From the NCBI GenBank assembly GCA_036172245.1, contig JAYWIR010000069.1:372001-436000 (forward strand): 64,000 nt of DNA. The letters run 5' to 3'. Below, in pieces: positions 24,400-36,899 of this stretch. Position numbers and translations under genes: made by a program. This DNA is from Raillietiella orientalis (lineage: Eukaryota). Within the stretch, counting starts at the first letter, position 1. Each line of letters starts with the position of its first letter. Below the pieces are notes generated by a model, which saw only the letters and a list, made by a program, of their open reading frames with translations, was not told where the DNA came from and ran no database searches.

Positions 24400-27300
24400 G
24401 TCCGACCAGCGGCGTGACGAATTCCTTTTGAGACAAAAGAGGCCCGAGACCAATTCAATCCTTTGCAGTACCTTCTCTTCTTGTCTGCCCAGTTCCCAAT
24501 CGCTCGCAATACTTTTACAGCCAAAAGGCGCTTTCCAACCACTGTAGATAGCATGATGCGCTGGGCAGACAGGAACGCCGGCAGCAACAACTCATGAGTG
24601 GCGACCAGCCAACGCTTTTTCCACATGCGCTGGCAGAGCCTCGTGGCCTCGATCAGACAACCGTGAGGACGGCGCGCGCGGTCAGCTGCGACCTCGCACA
24701 GGTAAGTCAACAGATCCGCGGGAAGGGCCGCGCAGCCCTCCAGATACGGTCCTGCTACCATGATTGGCGCATACGCCACCGTCTGTTTCGCCGACCCCCG
24801 CCCCGCCCATCGAGCAGGAGAAGACAGTGCGAGCACGCAGTTACCAACTGTGAGAAGCTAACCACCCACAGGCCAAGTGTTCTCGGAGCAGGGAATCTGC
24901 ACAGGGGCGAGGACCAGTGCCCATCTCTGGATCCAGTGTCGCCCTGCTTGTTGATGCAAGCTTGGAGCATGTAGCTCCGAGTCATTCCTGGACGAGTACG
25001 CGTGCTAGCGCGTCCACGAGGACAACGTCGTCGCATAGTCCACAACGCGCCGAGTCCCATGTATTCCTTGATGAGGCTACCCGAACTCTGGAGGACTTAT
25101 CTCAGCGCCCTCCGACCACTGACAGCTGGGGACTAGCTATGCGAACTATCTCCTCCATCCACACGGCCATTCAACATGCACTCCGTCTTTGCCACCTCTC
25201 GCCTCAATCGAGTGCCATCCATTCCCAATCGATTACTCCGAGGCTACTCAGCCACTATACAAGAAGATTAAACTCATTCTGAAAAGGACAACCACGCAGT
25301 GCCGAAACGACCCCGCGAGGATGCATATGCACTTCTCCAAGCTCTTTAATGCAACTACTGCCTCCAGGCTGCTTCCTTGGGACTTCGGGATAGCTGTTGA
25401 GAATAACGGCATGAACATGTCCTCTTTCACCCTAGAGAAGAGTGTGAGCTGTTTCAGACTCTGTGAGGGCACAGCGCCTTGATCGGATGATCTCCCGTAC
25501 TCTGCCTTTCGAAAAGTAAATCCCGAAGCACTCATGTTATACGTCGTGTTTACCCACTGCCTTTCACACTGACACATGGCTGAATGGAAGGACTTCAGGA
25601 CCACACTTATCCTCGAAGGCTTGCTCCAGGATCCAGAAGACCTTGCTTAGTTTCGCCCAATTGTGATCAACCGCACGTTTGACAACATTCTTATCAAATG
25701 CATCGCTAGGCGCCTGTGAGGCTGGATTCACCGGAATGCGGTTATATTTTCGCGTCAAAAGGGATTTCTCACCCTCATTGGGGTGCCAGAACTTGGCTTT
25801 ATTCTTGCGCATCTCATGGACTATAGTCGGCAGCGGCATCGCACACTTTGAGGCGTGAGTAAATACGAAGGATGCCTTCTCCACGATACCCCATTCGCAG
25901 CCTTTTTTCTGAGCTCTAGTGTTCTGGATCAGGTGACACTTTTGTGGAACACATCTGCGACATGAGCACAGACAACAGCATTCAAGTTTGGACCTTTATT
26001 AGACTCTATGCACCCTTATGCATTCCTCGTAAGGTGAAGCAGGGCTTCTCTCTCTCTGGACTACTGTTCGACGTAGCCATAGAACCAATGTGGACTAAAA
26101 CGAAAGTGCTTGGAATGACAGTGCTAGCTTATGCGAACGACCTGGTTTTCTTAGCACAGGACTCCAAGAGCTTGCAAGCAGCCCTTAACTACACGTGCTG
26201 GATCCCCGACTACCTAGCGCTTACAATAAATGCCAGAAAATGTGCCTCATTCCACTATGATTCGCCCACTGCCAGAACAGTCAACCAGACGCCTTTTGAG
26301 ATCGCTGGCGAGCCCATACCTGCCCTCCCCGACGCTGGTACATACAACTATGTCGAGAGTCCTGGTAGATTCGATGTTATTCGGAGCAATGCGCACGACA
26401 CCGAAACACTGGACGATGCGACCATAGTGTTAGATGCACCACTGGCACCCTGGCAAAAGGTAGGTATCCTAAATACATTTCTTCCCACCTTTGTTCACTC
26501 CTTTCAAATGGTTTCTCAATCCAAAACTTCCTGAAATGGAATTGACAGCATTCTCAAGAAAGCTCTGAAAATGGAGACTCTCCTGCTGATGCAAGCCTCC
26601 TCGAAGGAATATCTGCACCCGGGTATGTGACCTGAGGGTCCCTGGACATGCTGATCCTAGAGAAGCAGGCCAATATCATGACCACTGACTCCGGGTTAAG
26701 ACTCATAACGTGTCCTTACTTGGTTATTTGTCCGTTCTCTAGAAAATCCTTCAATGAGGCCGTCCGAGAAAAGTGCGACAACTGCCAGATGCACAACTCA
26801 TCGCCGCATATCTGAGCGGAGACCTTGTTCTACCCTTGCATCACACAGCAGGAAATCTTGCAAACTTTTGGTCCCTTGCTCTGAAAGTCTCGAAGAGACT
26901 TGGAATTTAGTGGAACTACTCCCACAGTCCAGTGAAGATCACTCGCCTCAATCAGACTCTTCGGGGGAGCTTTCGGAAAGTTATGGCTCGTACCATACGT
27001 GAAGTTGAGCTCCTCCACAGAAGCGAGACTTTACTTGCGAAGCCCGACCAACATGGCACGATCAATTGCGTGGTGCTCCACCCTGCATACATGGAGATCA
27101 GTGAGTTTTTACGCTTCAGTAACTGACAGTTCATACACCGCGCCAGGCTGAACCAGTTGACACGAAATGGCAATATTAAGCGCCCAGCCTTCAACAAGGC
27201 ATGCTGACATGTCCATATCCAAAGGAGACATTGGTTCATGTACTTTGTCTCCGCAAGCAGCATCAGGCCACTAGGATAGTGAGAAGACGCAATGCATCCT

Positions 27301-27850
27301 CGAGACGAATGCCCGTAATGACCACAGCTGGCAATCAACCGTTCCGATCCCGAAATTATCAGTGCCCTCCTCCCGGACCTGGTAGCTTCCGATGGAGGGC
27401 GTGTCTTTGTCATCAATGTGACGATTTCGCATGCAAAAAGCAAGGAGTCACTCGAGCTGCGAGGACCAAGAAGATCATCAAATACCAAGACATGCAGCGG
27501 GACTACGAGGCCCAGGGCTTCACGGTCAAAATAGATGCGCTTCTTATTGGGTCGTTGTGGAGTTTGGACCTCAATAACGATGAGGTTCTGAGCTACCTCG
27601 GCCTAAGAAAATGCACAATTAACGCGGTTCTCGCTGTCATTATCTGCTCAGTGATCTAGGCGACCCGCGATATCTACTGTGGCCACGTCTCCAGCCGGCC
27701 CTCGGGACTCTCTAAGAAACCAAATACTGTCACAGGACATTCAAATCCGTTCCTACAGCTGCAGGCCTTGTTATCGCTTTGAAACTTTCTCCTACAACTG
27801 TTGTTTGATACCTCTTCCAGGGAACATTTTGTAACAGTTCAGGGAAATAA
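24400..27850 (+). mobile_element. Degenerate R2-superfamily (RLE-type) non-LTR retrotransposon, NeSL/Utopia-like
   Basis: C2H2-like CPVPN..FYSQKALSNH ~24480; RT VKQG..LSGLLF, LAYAND, INARKC, APWQK; FIHRARLN; CCHC-like CPYPKETLVHVLC; RLE PDLV, KIIKY, LIGSL. Many stops and frameshifts; 5' end may extend to ~23300. Confidence 0.85.
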
Positions 27851-28199
27851 GAAACCATCTTGCAGACGTCCTGATGTAGGTGGTTTCCATTCTGATGACC
27901 ACCCTTCGCTGTGTGATGATTTCTAGCAACTGTTAAGCCCCAATAATGGCACGGATGTAACCCATGGTTGCAATGTCACAGCCTGTTGAGAAGACTTTCG
28001 GAATAATAAACCGCCGCAGCAAGTCTCGGTGCAGTGGCGCTGCCGCCAGCTCCCGCCAAAGTTCGTGGAGAGCACTGAAGTCCAAAAGCAGGTGCGGAAG
28101 CGATTCGCGCCTGGAAAAGTTCCCAGATGCAACCCCTCCGGAAACTCGATCCTGTCGCTCATTACACTGGAATCCTCAGTGGATGAAGAGCAGTACAGA

Positions 28200-30660
28200 G
28201 TGCTTCCAAATGAGGGTAACAACGAACCGTCGACACAGTGGGGAAAAAACACATGTTCTTCAGGGGAAGACACTCAAAAGTTCGCCCTAGCGGAGGAGTT
28301 CCTTGGCCACAGAACGCAGTGTGACAGCATCCACCATCTGGCCCGTCTTCCAGCAGACGAAAGATCTGTTTTTCCTACCATGGTGCAGGAAAACTCCCAC
28401 CTCTCCAGTAAGCTGCTCTCATCTCTTTCCCTGAGAGCAGAAAGCGCTTCAGCGAAGGGTGTGAAGGCCACGGTCGAAAACTTCCTTGCTTCCTGCATTA
28501 CCACTTTCTGAGGTCGTAGTAGCAGATGTAGCAGAAGGCGAAGTTCTTCAGAATGTATTAGCTGGAATGCAGTTCAGTATTCAAAAGTCTCCTGCAGTCA
28601 GGCATTAAAGTTCGTCGGACGGCAGGAGATCCACGAGTGGGCTTCTAGCATTGATGCGAGTTGCCTTAGAAAGAGGTCGGATCTCCTCATCTTGTAGCGA
28701 AAAAACCAACGTAGCAGCTCTGACGCTTCTTGCTGATGCAGAAGCGCTGAAGTCAGTCTCTCTCACAACCGAACTTAGACATAGAGGTTCATCAACCAGT
28801 CAGGTTCCAGGACATAGTCACCATTCGTGACGTGAAGAAAACTCCAGTACCAGATGAGCACCTCATCGTTCTGCCACCTGAGGGCAATCACGCAACTTTG
28901 AAGAGACAAAAGAAAGGCGCACAGTTCCTTTCAGAGGCCAATCAGGGTTCAGTCGATCGGCGGATTCTTTTCTCCTGGAAGGAGAGGGGTGGTTTGAAGA
29001 ACTTTTCATAGGCCTGCGCTTCCGGCAGCAGGCCATGAGCATGCCGACCGCTTGTTCAGTATCGTCACAAATTTAAAACGAGAAGGACTGGCTTGGAATC
29101 CGTTCTGCACGGGGTTTTACAGGGATCTTGGACGCAGTTCGAAAAAGGATTCCATTTTCAAGCGGGAGGCCTGCTCTTCCATGGAATGAGCAGTCCCAGG
29201 ATCAAAATCAACATCCGACTAGGAGACTAGTATAGGATATTTTTTACCTCTCAGTCGAGTTCCTATCATGGTGCAGGAAAAGCACTGGATAGTGCTGTAG
29301 CTCCATGGAAACCGGCGGAACCAGCTTGTACGAGTAATTCACGGCAACCGTGTACGACCTTTCACGGTGCAGTAGTGAATCCGGCTGTTCTTTCTTGTCA
29401 GAGCCGCGGCTCACCGTACCATCAATCCACGTAGCTGGACGCCGTCTCGGTACCGCTACAGAAAGGATGAGTCCCGGTTCATGGGGCTCAACACCATTCT
29501 GACTAGGAGGCGTCAACGTGTGCATCAACGGATGCTCCAATTGTTCGGCACAAGGACGAGAGTTGTCCACTGCAACTTTTGCTTTGAAAAAAGTTAAGCT
29601 TTTTCTTCATTTCAACGTCAGAAGACTCAGTCTACCAATACGACGTGGAGCACACAAGTCTTTCAAGGGGACTCAGGAACTCACTGTGCCCTACAGGACT
29701 TTCCTGAGGAATTCCTTTGTCCGCTTTTTAAATTCCCATGGGTCGATACAAACAAAAAGTAGGGAGTGAAGGAAGAGGGGCACAAAAGTGTTCCAGACCG
29801 TGCATTGTTTTGGAAATTGAAACTTACCTTCCAGGAACGGGCCGAGCGCTTTTTCTGCCTTCTGACCGTTCCTCTACAAGAGAAAATTCCTCGCACACGA
29901 GGCCGACGTACTTTACGCACCCTCCGAGGAAAATCACCAAGCAGACTTAGTCGGGCCTCACAACCCAAGCCGAACAGACCCTACCAACGATGACTTCGCC
30001 CTGTTTATCTTCAGTTCCGTTAGGCGGCTCAGAAACTCAAAAAAGACTTTGCGTGCTGATGCCGGGTGAAGATAGGGAGCAGACGCAAAAAATCTTTGGC
30101 ATATTCCGACACTGCACGCTTGCCGGGACACGAGCTTAGTAAGGAGGAGAGGGTCAACAGTATGGTATAAGCACCAAATCATAGTAGGTACTGAAAAGCA
30201 TGGGACTCAGGTCGTCTGCCTAATGTATGCCTCTCAGCACCGGCACGCCGTATACGCTTTGACTTCTAAAGGAAAGAGTGATTATTGCTCCGCTACAGAT
30301 AGAGAGCAAATGAGTTCTCCAAGCAGGAGAAAAATCATGCGTTTCACGAGTTTTACAAGAAGCTCATAATCGCTATAGCAGCCAGATGCTTCACACAAAT
30401 CAACTGCGACGGCAAAGGCTTCCATCCTCGTGCGACCCACCTATTCACCAGTAGACGGCTCTGAATGGAGGATACCAATCCTTTCACTTTTCTTAATTTC
30501 GTGCCACCACTTGCAGGCGAGGAACAGGTGAGAGTCCATACTTCGCTCGAGAACCGCGTAGGTCTGTTTGGGCTAAGCATGGTTTTCGCCACCCTTTTCG
30601 GGAGCCCAGACCAGAGTTAGGCCAAAAACTTGGCGTCCGCGTTCACAGCGGTGGTCCAGA
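28200..30660 (-). mobile_element. Degenerate LINE ORF2 remnants (RT and post-RT; possibly two copies)
   Basis: AVNADAK ~30640; INRAKSS ~30000; GKFQFPKQCTVWNTF ~29800; PLKDLCAPRR ~29660; LEAHSWISCRP ~28630. Confidence 0.75.
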
Positions 30661-30664
30661 CACC

Positions 30665-31015
30665 GCCAAAGATGGACAGCGGGATAGGGACGCCCTCTGA
30701 TTCTTCTTCGCTTCATGAGGATGGCAGCAAGATGACATCATCTAGGGCATATTAGGATGGACCTTGCCGGCATCCTCGGAAATATGCAAAGGACGGCCTC
30801 CAGCGGAATGTAACTGTTTTTTTTGACCCCCCAGTTTTTCTATAAATAGAGTTTTCGTTTTTGTTTTTCCCCTGCCTCTCCGATGTAGAAGCAAACCCCT
30901 CCGGTTTGCGTGCCAGATACTCGCCAGGTTCCAAGCATTTTGGACAATGTAGGGTCAATGGCCTTACACATATGTGTTTTTTTTATAACAAACGCCCCGG
31001 GGCACCCGGATGTTA
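30665..31015 (+). mobile_element. 5'-truncated LINE 3' end
   Basis: Similar to 18030-18370; ends AACAAACGCCCCGGGGCACCCGGATG. Confidence 0.8.
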
Positions 31016-31649
31016 AACCATCAAGCAGTCCACAGTCTACAATAGAGCTGAGGATTCTTCATCTTGACGGGGGTCATGAGCAGGCGCCTGCTGCGCCTTG
31101 TATCCTCGCAAGTGACTTCAACAACTGTCCCTGCCACGAATCGAAAGCCTCAAGCACTCTTTCTTTCCCACGTTTAGTCTGTATTGCTTCTGCTCAAAAG
31201 GGCTTGTAGTTTAATCATAAAAAACTCTCCCTACCTTATACTGCAGGCTCGAGTTGTAGAAACTAAGCTTAAAGGTAGCTGCTTCAGCCATGGCCGCCGC
31301 TGATGAGATAGCGACCACGGCTTCTCTATTCCCTCTCCGGCGCTAAGGATGATTTTGTGGGAGTGGACGCATCAATTTCCAGCGTCCCTAGAAACGACGT
31401 TACGATCCTCAGGCTGCCTTCCATGGTGGTGGAGTCAAGCATTCCTGCCTTCTCCAAGCGACCGAAGCTATACAGAACTCACGAAATCAGATGTCACAGT
31501 GTAGAAAACTCACGTCCCACCCCGACAGCGCCGCTTGTTCGGAGGCTGCGTCCGGGTTGCCGTCAAGCGCATAACGTGGCTCACCCTCTGCAAACGCGTT
31601 TTTTAGTCGCTTTGTTTGCCTTGCAGTTTTTCACTTTTTCATTCTGCCA

Positions 31650-34109
31650 GTGCTTTTGTTTTTGGCAACAGTGTTCTCGAAGAAGACAAGGATGCTTGTG
31701 GAGGAAAGCATTTCCGTCCCCGAGAACACTGTCTGCAACAGAAGGACATTCCGTCTTGGCAACGGTGAGAACGTTTGCTCCAAGTCGCTGCGGCAAGGAC
31801 GAATGCTTGACAGTGCTGAGCTCCAGGCGTATGCAGCAAATGCCGCAAATCTGTGCTCAGGTGTAGGTTGAGCACCTCATGCTGGAGCGGTGTGAGCGCG
31901 AATTTGGTCGCAAGCTCCATCGAATCGGAGGTCCGAAGAAGTTAAGATCTCTTATGCCCTTAAGTGACAGCGGAGATTGTAGACTGCTCTATGAAAACGC
32001 CCTCTCAACGCAGAGACTGCTGCACACCCCGCTGATCATTTATGGGCGTGAGATCTTCCTCTCAGAAAAGAACCGATCCTTCCTGTTCCGGCTAAACGAA
32101 ATCGAAATGGAGATCCAGTACTGGAAGGTGATCACAGTTCCCGAACAGTTCGCCACCGTTCACGCATTGTGGAGTCTGCCAATCCCTATATGTTACGAAG
32201 TGTACACAGCGGGCTGGTGGAAGTGCCTAAAACCGCGCTGGGGACGGGGAGTCCTTGACCGCCTCGGCGTCCGATGGAAGGCAGCGACGCGGAGGTCATG
32301 CGGATCCAAGAGGGTCCCTAGGGGAGAGAAGGCTGTGCCAACGAGCTGCGTGCCAGTAGGGCAGAGAGCAGAGGAGGCAGGCACTCCAACGGAGCTCCCC
32401 ATCGCTCGCTCTCGGGACGCTTATCGGGTTTGGGCAGGGAGGTCCGCCGGTGGCTACCCCGTTCCCGCAGCCTTCTTCCTGATCTCGCTCTGCTCCTGCG
32501 GGACCTCCGTGTTCCACGGAGAAATGCCGTGCAGTGTCCACGCATCTGCAGCCGCAAAATACGAAGGTCCGCCTGTGGTTCGCGGGGCAGCCGCGCATCT
32601 GTGGGCAATGTGGCAAGGAGGGACACCACATGATGAGGTTTCTTTCGGTAGCATGCCGTAACTGCCAAGAATTCGGAAACACAAAAGAAACGTTCCTGGA
32701 GCTCGCAGCAGAATCGGAGAAGCAGGAAATTAAAGCGTGCAATTAAACGGAGCGCTCCATTCTTCCGAAAATGTGAAAGGCGACGGCCTCACGAAGAAAG
32801 CGAACGCTCTAGTGCAAAACAGGAGGCTGAAAAGCCTGAAAAACGGGAAAAGCTGTTGCTGAGGAAGCGCAGATATCCGCAGCATCCCAGCCTCGCGAAA
32901 AAGCCGAAGCGACCGTGGGGCCCCGCGGCCTACGCTTCTTCGTGTCGGAGGCGAACACAACTCCCACGACCGTTGTCTAGCCGTAAAAGCCCCGCGCGAA
33001 AGTATTTGCTACGAAGGAGCAGCGCGGTCGCTGGCCCGACAGGGAGAAACCGAGCGCCCACGCGAAGCCTCCCACATCTGCAGCAAAGGCGTGTGAGCCG
33101 CTGCCTACTGCTAAGAAGAAAGTGAAGAGACTCCCTGCCTCGCGCGCGGACTCAGATATCGGCGCAGTCGTGAGGGAGACTGCGCATCCGAGCGCAGTCG
33201 CTGCAGCCCCTAGCAGCCGCACAGACGACGCATCGTCCCAGCGCTGATAGGGAGGCAGTTCCCTATAGCGGGCGCACAATGGGTGCGTAACGTTGGCACT
33301 GCGGAAGCGTCCCTGGGAGCAGCGAAAGCAGAGTCTCGGACGCTCGCTAAGGCAGCCCCGTCTCCGGACAACAGAGAAGACCATAGCTACGATCAGACCG
33401 GCTGCATGGAGGTAACGGGAAAAAAAGCAGAAGGGACAGCTGGCAACTTCCCCGAATTCTCAGCTTGCAGATAAGCAACCCGCAAAATGCATTGCGCGAA
33501 GAGGCCTTCGCAGAAAATGTTGCAGCTCTTGCTTCCTGCGACGCCGTCCTCCCGCGTTCGGAACGCGTGGCAGCTGCCACTGCCGGAGAGAAGCTGACCC
33601 TATCCGCAGCAGCAGAAAACACTGAAAGCAAGGCATCCGATATCTAGCAGCAATTCCGGAGCCAGGCGAAGCGGGTCTCCTGCGCTGGCAGCTGGATTCT
33701 GATCAGGAGACGGAGTGCACGAGAGCTGAGGGCGATACCCGCACGAAAACGCGACAGTGCGCAGGAGCGAGCCAGGAAAGTGTAGTTAGGTCTGGAGAAA
33801 TTCGGAGGTGGAGATGATTCTCGTTCCTGAGAGATCGGCTACCAACGAAGGAAGGAGGCTTTTCAGCTTCCTAATCTGTCGTGATGACTCATGACCATCA
33901 GCCGAACGGGAGGCGAACACGTGGACATCTTGCCAGCATTAACGCGGGTAGTCGCATCCTCTCATCTCCTGAGTGTGGCCTGCCGAAATGTCAACGAGCA
34001 GCGCTACGACGAGAAGAGGTGCGCGTTAGCCACAGCATGGCGAAGATTCGACTTTGCTCCCCTGCAGGAGATTCATAGCATCTCCAATCAGTAGGCTGCT
34101 GAGATTTCT
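31650..34109 (+). mobile_element. Degenerate LINE 5' part: ORF1 with CCHC zinc knuckles plus first ~50 codons of EN
   Basis: WFAGQPRICGQCGKEGH...CRNCQEFG (32570-32680); VACRNVN...LQEIH (33975-34080); 5' boundary approximate. Confidence 0.8.
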
Positions 34110-35930
34110 CTCCCGGCAACGCCGAGGCGTTGATTCCATGAAAAAAGAACTAGTTGGGAACTTTCTTCCTAGACAACAGGAAAGCAAGCAAAAGAAAGGT
34201 CTATTGGCACTGGGCCGCAATAACGGATACCTAACGGTAGTCTGAAACGGAAGAGGGAATACAGGAGACAAAAAAATAAAATAAATGCGGTGGGATGGGA
34301 CAGGGGTCTTTGAAATCACTCAGGAAGGCAATAGGATGAAAAAAAAGAAGCAGCGGAGAAGTTGCGGAGCGAACCAGGATAGTAGATAAAAAAAACCTAA
34401 AACAAAAAAAGTGTGGGAGGGGCAAGGTTCACCGGGTTCCGCCGTTCTTCACTATCCATCAACCAACGGTGGATGCCGACTATTTCTTCCTCTGCTTTTT
34501 CTTTCAGCTGAGGCCACCTTGCAGCCGTCCTCATGTAGGCAGCTGCCAGACGGTGGACCTCCTTTCGCTGCGCTGTCATCCCCACTACGCAGTGGGCCAC
34601 AGTAGTGGCAGTAATGCAGCAGATTGCTGAGGATTCCGCGCTACCTGAAAGTCCGTTGCCCGTGGAAAAGGGCTGCAGCTCTTCCGTAGTGTCTTCCTGA
34701 GGCAGGAACGCTAAAACCAGTGCCCACCGCAGTTCACGGAGGGCCATGCAGCCGAGCAAAAGGAGAACGACTCGATTGTCCTGCACCTGGAGCTATTCAA
34801 GAAGACAACGCCTCCGATAACGATGCGTCGAGACCGATTCCACTGGAATCCACAGTGCAAAAAACGCAGCACATCTTGTTTCTATCTTATACGGAACACT
34901 GAGATGTCCAAACAAGCGGGAAGATCTCTAGTTACGTGGAGACACACTCAAAAGTTGTCTCCAGCGAAGGAGTTGGCCTGGTCGGAGGAGTGGAGACATG
35001 CACCAGTTCCTTTGTTCCTCAAGCCTCCAAGGAGCTCGGCCTCTGCAGCGATGGTGTGGAACAACTTCCAATCTGCCAATTTGCAACTGTCACTGCTTTT
35101 TCTTAGAGCTGCTGCAAGGCGTATGGAAGCAAGGCGATTCCAATTTTTATTTCTCATGGCGCTCCCAGAGGATGGCTAAGCACAAGTTGCCGGCCTCAAA
35201 GAGCTTTTAGGCGCATTACTATGTTCCGTAGCCTTGACACCACGGCCTCCGGCATCCACGCATCGAAGTTCATAGAGTAGCAGAAGAACCAACATTGGGC
35301 TTTCAGCAGCGAGTAAAGTTTCCTCATCAGGAAGTCAAATCCTTTCCTGGTCTGCCGAAAGTGCGGTAGCGATGAAAGCAGTCCCTTGATTCCAGTGCAC
35401 CACCTAAGAAGAAGGAGCGAAGTAGACACCAAGGCTTACACCATAGTTTGAAACATAGTGACAGCATGCGGAACTCCATCTGCAGTTCAATCTTTTCGAT
35501 AGTCAGGACGCCCAAGCTGGCACCCTGATGCGACGCCACAAAGTCTTTCAATCAAATCCGGCATCTTACGGAACCTCACAATGCTTTGCGTAGGAGACAC
35601 TGAGCCCGTATCTTGAGCAAATGAGGGGTGAACAGAAAAAAACAAGGGCGCAGGAAGGGAGCAACGAAGCTGTTTTATACGGAGGTCCGTTTTCGCAGGA
35701 CAGACTTGACACCCTGAAACAGGACACGAGCACACATTGCTTTCCGCAGGCAGTCCGACCACGCTTCTGTAACGCAAAAGTCACCTAACGGCACGTCAAG
35801 GTACTTGAAGTGCCTAACCGTGAAGATTCCCAAATAGATCAATTCGGCTTGCCCCTCCCACGTCGCTCCCACCGGGAGGACCTTTGACTTTGACCAGTTC
35901 ATGCTCATGCCTGCTCCACGGCGAATCATC
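34110..35930 (-). mobile_element. 5'-truncated LINE: RT end, C-terminal domain and T-rich 3' UTR
   Basis: NWSKSKVLPVG...KYLDVPLGDF; C-terminal ORF 34397-34786; terminal AATCAACGCCTCGGCGTTGCCGGGAG at 34110-34135. Confidence 0.85.
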
Positions 35931-36899
35931 CAAACAGCACATCCTCGTGTTTCTGCTTTGGGAGTTTCCAGTGCTATCAGCGGAGGAACCGAATTTCCAG
36001 GGGCTTGTCCCTGAAGTATTCAAGGTGCGCAGCGACTGAGTTGTTTCCGAACCTCTTGTTGGACACTGCAGTGCCCTCCAGGAACTCTGATTGGGGATCA
36101 ACTCAGCACTCCTGCTCACCGGAGACACTGCGATGGACTTGCTGAAGCTATTCTTTGCAAGTGGTGGATGCACGAGAGGCGCTGTGAAAGCTACAGCGTC
36201 TTGCATTCGTGCCATGGTTACGTCCCGCTATTTTCTGGATCTTAAACTCAGCGAACGGAGGTTGCCAGCATCGCAGATGTCTGCACGAAAACCGCTGCCA
36301 TGTGGCTCCAAAGGAATTTGGCAAAAATTTGTTTAAAATTTTCTTAAAAACATTTTCTTATGAATAATATGAAGTGAAAAAGCGAGGAATGAGAGGAAGT
36401 GAGGAAGTAGATGGCCATTCTTAAAAAGAGGCAACGGCTATTGCAGGTAACTCTCGATCCGCTCTCCTGACTATGTAATTTTTTACTGTCGGCTCTTTCT
36501 CGTTTCGGTCCTTTCGAGTTGCTTCATGGAGCAACAGCCCTAAGGTCCTGCTCCTGCTTTCTTGACATTCCTGTTTTTGTTTTGTGCTTATATCCCACCG
36601 ATTTGGAGGTTCAGGGAACCGGTAGGGGTGTATTTCCTCTCCTTGAGCTTCCAATGAGCCTCTTTCGGGAAAAGCACCGTCTTCAAGGTTGCGTTGTCCT
36701 CCTGTTTGCTCATTTTACTGTTTTGCAAAATGATGCCCGGCGTCGCGAAGTGAAAATCTGTCTGCATAGAGAGCAGACTTGTTTTTCAGTCGTTTCGTGT
36801 GCATTGGAGTCTTGGTGATTTTTTTTTGTATGGAGAGCCTTGAATTTCTGGAGAATGACTACCATGGAAGCAATGGACGCTAACATAACTGAGGAATTG

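Noticed and set aside
29990..31015. Twin-priming 5' inversion (minus RT joined to plus 3' end)
   Set aside because: The minus-strand remnant continues well to the left and no shared TSD was found; separate insertions are the simpler reading.
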